In this document: positions 60,956-64,000 of the stretch, piece after piece
Layout of the letters: every line of letters starts with the position of its first letter
How positions within the stretch are numbered: position 1 is the first letter of the stretch
Source of the DNA: a virus
Strand: one strand, 5' to 3'
Virus record (IMG/VR): IMGVR_UViG_3300025536_000011
Length of the DNA stretch: 64,000 nucleotides
The notes under the pieces: model-generated
What the model saw: only the letters and a program-made list of their open reading frames with translations
Databases searched by the model: none
What the model was told of the DNA's origin: nothing
Program-made: the position numbers and the translations under genes

Positions 60956-61324
60956 ATGCTTAAAGATAAAACGATATATTCTGATGGTCAATATGACTAT
61001 GTAATTATTGTGGACCCTGAAAACTCATATATGTGTCGTTTAGTCAGCCTAGCTAATGGTAAAGCTACTAAATGGGTATATGAAAATGAGATAGAAGAAA
61101 TAATAAAGAAGAAACGACTTACGCCAACCAATAATATATTTTATGAACCGGCTCCCATGCCGGTAAATAATAACAATTTTAATCTCTCGGGCGACGAAGC
61201 ACGTTTAATTTTAACTGCTCTACTGGCAGAGAGCATAAAGTTTTCTGGTAACATGATCCCAATGATTTTAAGTTTAGTCCAGAGGCTCAACGAAATTAAT
61301 TTAAATCAGCCACCGAAGGGATAA
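60956..61324 (+). CDS. hypothetical protein
   Basis: GGAGCGGAGC upstream. Confidence 0.55.
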   Translation: MLKDKTIYSDGQYDYVIIVDPENSYMCRLVSLANGKATKWVYENEIEEIIKKKRLTPTNNIFYEPAPMPVNNNNFNLSGDEARLILTALLAESIKFSGNMIPMILSLVQRLNEINLNQPPKG

Positions 61325-61326
61325 TA

Positions 61327-61686
61327 ATGGAATTTATTCATTTATCACGCTTAGGCGTAACAATAGGGCTCGCGTTTGGTAACACTCCTAATGAGCTAGG
61401 CGTCTCTATTGCTTGCACACGAAAGCCAGACCAGTTTGCCAAGTTTATTGGCCGGCGTATTACAAGCGGACGTATCAATGCGGCCTTTACTGAAAATAAA
61501 AATATTCCTAATACTAAAAAGTATGCACTTGCGAAGCCATTCGATCAACGCGACCTAGCTAATAAAATCCGCAAACTAATTAGAGAGCAAAGTAACGTAT
61601 TAGAGGCCCAAGTATTGCGAGATCAGTTGGTCGGGCAATTATTTTATCTAATTGATAAGGCTGTCACCGAAGGTGACTCAAAGTGA
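61327..61686 (+). CDS. hypothetical protein, paralog of 25440-25883
   Basis: EFIHLSRLGVT..GVSIAC..DQF....GR.I..GR. Confidence 0.65.
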   Translation: MEFIHLSRLGVTIGLAFGNTPNELGVSIACTRKPDQFAKFIGRRITSGRINAAFTENKNIPNTKKYALAKPFDQRDLANKIRKLIREQSNVLEAQVLRDQLVGQLFYLIDKAVTEGDSK

Positions 61687-61917
61687 TAAATTTAACTCCT
61701 TATGCCGCATGGTCATGCGGCATTATCATTGTGAGAGCAAGCTCTCAATTTGAGAAACTAGGTTAAAAATTATGGGTTTTTTTCATTATTTCGCCGCCCG
61801 CAGCAAGCGAAAAAATCGCCCCTTATAGCCAATAATCCGCCACTTCTAGAAAAATCAGAAGTCAAAATAGGCACAATAGCACTTATTCGAGACATTATTT
61901 ATCAGCATGGATTTTAT

Positions 61918-62127
61918 ATGGAACATGCTACAGAAAATAATGGATATCTTACATACCCCATATATGATCACAAAGACTGTTATCCATGGCATTTGAGCGG
62001 ACATTTATTTACTAAAAAAGATGAAGAAATAGTAGGACTGAGACCTAATGCTGGTTACTTAGGATCTTTTGTGCAAATATGCAGTGCAATTAAAACACAG
62101 TTAGGAATAACGGTAGACATTTTATGA
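61918..62127 (+). CDS. hypothetical protein (start uncertain)
   Basis: ORF. Confidence 0.35.
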   Translation: MEHATENNGYLTYPIYDHKDCYPWHLSGHLFTKKDEEIVGLRPNAGYLGSFVQICSAIKTQLGITVDIL

Positions 62128-62140
62128 TTGGCAAAGCCAA

Positions 62141-63142
62141 ATGAAAATAAAACGCGACATCAAATTAGATTTCGACGACGTATTACTAGAGCCGCAATGG
62201 TCAGACATTAGGAGTAGAAGCGAAGTCGATCTAACTAGAAAATTCAAATTTAGATTTAGCAAGGCAGAATTAACTTGTACTCCATTAATCTGTGCAAATA
62301 TGGATGTACTAGCTACAATAGATATGGCAAGAGCGATGTCCAAATACGGATGTCTAACAGCATTACACAAATTCCATAAAATAGAAGATATTAAACAAAT
62401 ATATGATGAGGGGATTATCGCATTCTATACTATGGGATCATCCGACGAAGATTTTAATAGGCTGAAAAATTCTGGACTATATCCTGCATTCATTTGTCTT
62501 GATATAGCTAACGGTTATAGCGACCATTTCCTCGATGCCGTAAAGCGTGTCAGGGATAATTTTCCAGCATCTACTATAGCGGCGGGCAACGTGGCAACCC
62601 CCGCAATGGTACAAGCGTTAATCTTACATGGTAAGGCGGATATTGTAAAAGTGGGCATTGGTCCGGGATCAGTATGTGAAACCCGACAAGTCACTGGTGT
62701 TGGAGTACCACAATTAAGCTGTTGCGAAGAAGCGGCTAATGTCGCACATGGATTGTCTGCCCATATTATAGCTGACGGAGGCTGCAAGAGCGGGGCCGAC
62801 ATTAGTAAGGCTCTGGGCTGTGGTTCCGACTTCGTAATGTTGGGCAATTTATTAAGTGGTCATACAGAATGTGCTGGAGAACTTATTGAACGTAATGGCA
62901 AACAATATAAGCAATTCTATGGCATGTCTAGCAAAATAGCGAACGATAAATATAATGGTGGCCTTAAAGGTTATAAAGCCGCCGAAGGCAAAGAAATACT
63001 CGTAGAGTATAAGGGGCCTGTCAGCGGAACGCTGGAACATATTTTAGGCGGACTACGTAGCACATGTGCGTATATTGGGGCCCGCTCAATTAAGGACTTG
63101 CCAAAGTGTGCAACATTTTTAATGGTTAATCGGCAAAAATAA
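62141..63142 (+). CDS. guaC: GMP reductase
   Basis: KLDFDDVLL.P..S..RSRSEVDL.R.F; CANMD; DIANGYS; KVGIGPGSVC.TR; AAEGK; GGLRSTC.Y.GA; no CBS domains. Confidence 0.88.
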   Translation: MKIKRDIKLDFDDVLLEPQWSDIRSRSEVDLTRKFKFRFSKAELTCTPLICANMDVLATIDMARAMSKYGCLTALHKFHKIEDIKQIYDEGIIAFYTMGSSDEDFNRLKNSGLYPAFICLDIANGYSDHFLDAVKRVRDNFPASTIAAGNVATPAMVQALILHGKADIVKVGIGPGSVCETRQVTGVGVPQLSCCEEAANVAHGLSAHIIADGGCKSGADISKALGCGSDFVMLGNLLSGHTECAGELIERNGKQYKQFYGMSSKIANDKYNGGLKGYKAAEGKEILVEYKGPVSGTLEHILGGLRSTCAYIGARSIKDLPKCATFLMVNRQK

Positions 63143-63429
63143 TGAAAATTAATAAATTCTGCTTAGGCGATCACGTCAAACACATTGGCAAGCTTAAAAC
63201 TGGTCTTTATGGCGAGGTTATAGCTCTATTCGATCCGCGAGCATTATCGGTTATAGGTATGTCGAGCTATTTCGATGGCAAAGAACATGTTTATCTGGTT
63301 AAATCTAAAATGCCAAGTAAAACTACTATTAAAGGTAAGAAAGTTCTAATGGAGCATACCTATCTAAAAGAGAGTGATCTGACGCTTTGTGACTGGATAG
63401 ACGAGATGAACAAGGAGATTAATAAATAG
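63142..63429 (+). CDS. hypothetical protein (SH3-like)
   Basis: KF.LGD.V.H. Confidence 0.5.
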   Translation: MKINKFCLGDHVKHIGKLKTGLYGEVIALFDPRALSVIGMSSYFDGKEHVYLVKSKMPSKTTIKGKKVLMEHTYLKESDLTLCDWIDEMNKEINK

Positions 63430-63431
63430 CT

Positions 63432-63938
63432 ATGCTGTTTCTAACAGCCGATCAGCATTTTAACCACACCAATATTCTTAAGTACGAAGCTAAGAACCGG
63501 CCCTTCGAATCGGTCGAAGCCATGAATGCCGAACTTATTCGGCGTTGGAATGATGTCATTAGCAAGGACGATCAAGTTTTTCACCTTGGTGATTTTTGCT
63601 TCGGAAACAATAGAGGCCGGGAAATTCTAAAAGAATTACACGGCCACAAAATTATCATTAAAGGTAATCACGATCCATCAATTAAGAAGCTGCTTGAAAT
63701 GGGATGGGACGAAGCATATAAAGAATATATATTGTATGACGATCATGTAGCGAAACTATATTTAAAACATAATCCTGATAAAGTGGTGAATCCACCATGC
63801 AAAAATATCATCCATGGACATGTCCATGGCTTGTGGGCGTCTCTGGAAAGAGACGGACACAAGTTTATTAATGTTGGGGTAGATGTTAGAGACTTATCGC
63901 CAGTCAGTTTGCTGACGATAGAAAAGGAACTAATCTAA
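63432..63938 (+). CDS. calcineurin-like metallophosphoesterase
   Basis: TADQHFNH..LGDF..KGNHD..HGHVH..INVGVD. Confidence 0.88.
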   Translation: MLFLTADQHFNHTNILKYEAKNRPFESVEAMNAELIRRWNDVISKDDQVFHLGDFCFGNNRGREILKELHGHKIIIKGNHDPSIKKLLEMGWDEAYKEYILYDDHVAKLYLKHNPDKVVNPPCKNIIHGHVHGLWASLERDGHKFINVGVDVRDLSPVSLLTIEKELI

Positions 63939-64000
63939 TGCCATATATTACGGAAGAAAAAAGAGCAGTCTTTGATAAGTGGCTCGCACAGTGCCCAGAT

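Noticed and set aside
1-64000. Stop-codon reassignment
   Set aside because: Recognisable enzymes are full length under the standard code, TAG and TGA end genes at sensible junctions, and none of the tRNAs found is a suppressor.

Overview
64 kb fragment of a large (jumbo-like) dsDNA bacteriophage genome, standard genetic code, with no recognisable capsid, tail or replicative polymerase gene in the window. Gene blocks: 1-4952 minus (two glycosyltransferases, HNH-type nuclease, sigma factor); 5023-13919 plus (EF-hand protein, matrixin-like lipoprotein, nucleotidyltransferase, macrodomain, tRNA-Pro, NADAR, cupin, SLOG, BCS1-like AAA); 14230-30432 minus (dense array of small early-type genes, visibly GC-richer in about 14-23.4 kb); 30649-64000 plus (tRNAs and candidate structured RNAs, RNA/DNA repair enzymes, two AAA+/metallopeptidase-vWA modules, nucleotide metabolism including guaC). 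The most notable signals are non-coding: (1) about 30 copies of a sigma70-type promoter TTGAC-N13/14-GTGATA whose spacer often forms a 6-7 bp inverted repeat with compensating sequence changes; (2) at least 8 ribosome-binding-site hairpins with an invariant GGA triloop, mostly at upstream stop codons; (3) five apparently leaderless genes; (4) four promoter-associated structured RNA candidates, two with tRNA-like domains; (5) tRNAs with non-canonical loops. All motif counts and pairings were read by eye and protein calls rest on motif recognition, not database searches. Several start codons were refined relative to the ORF track.
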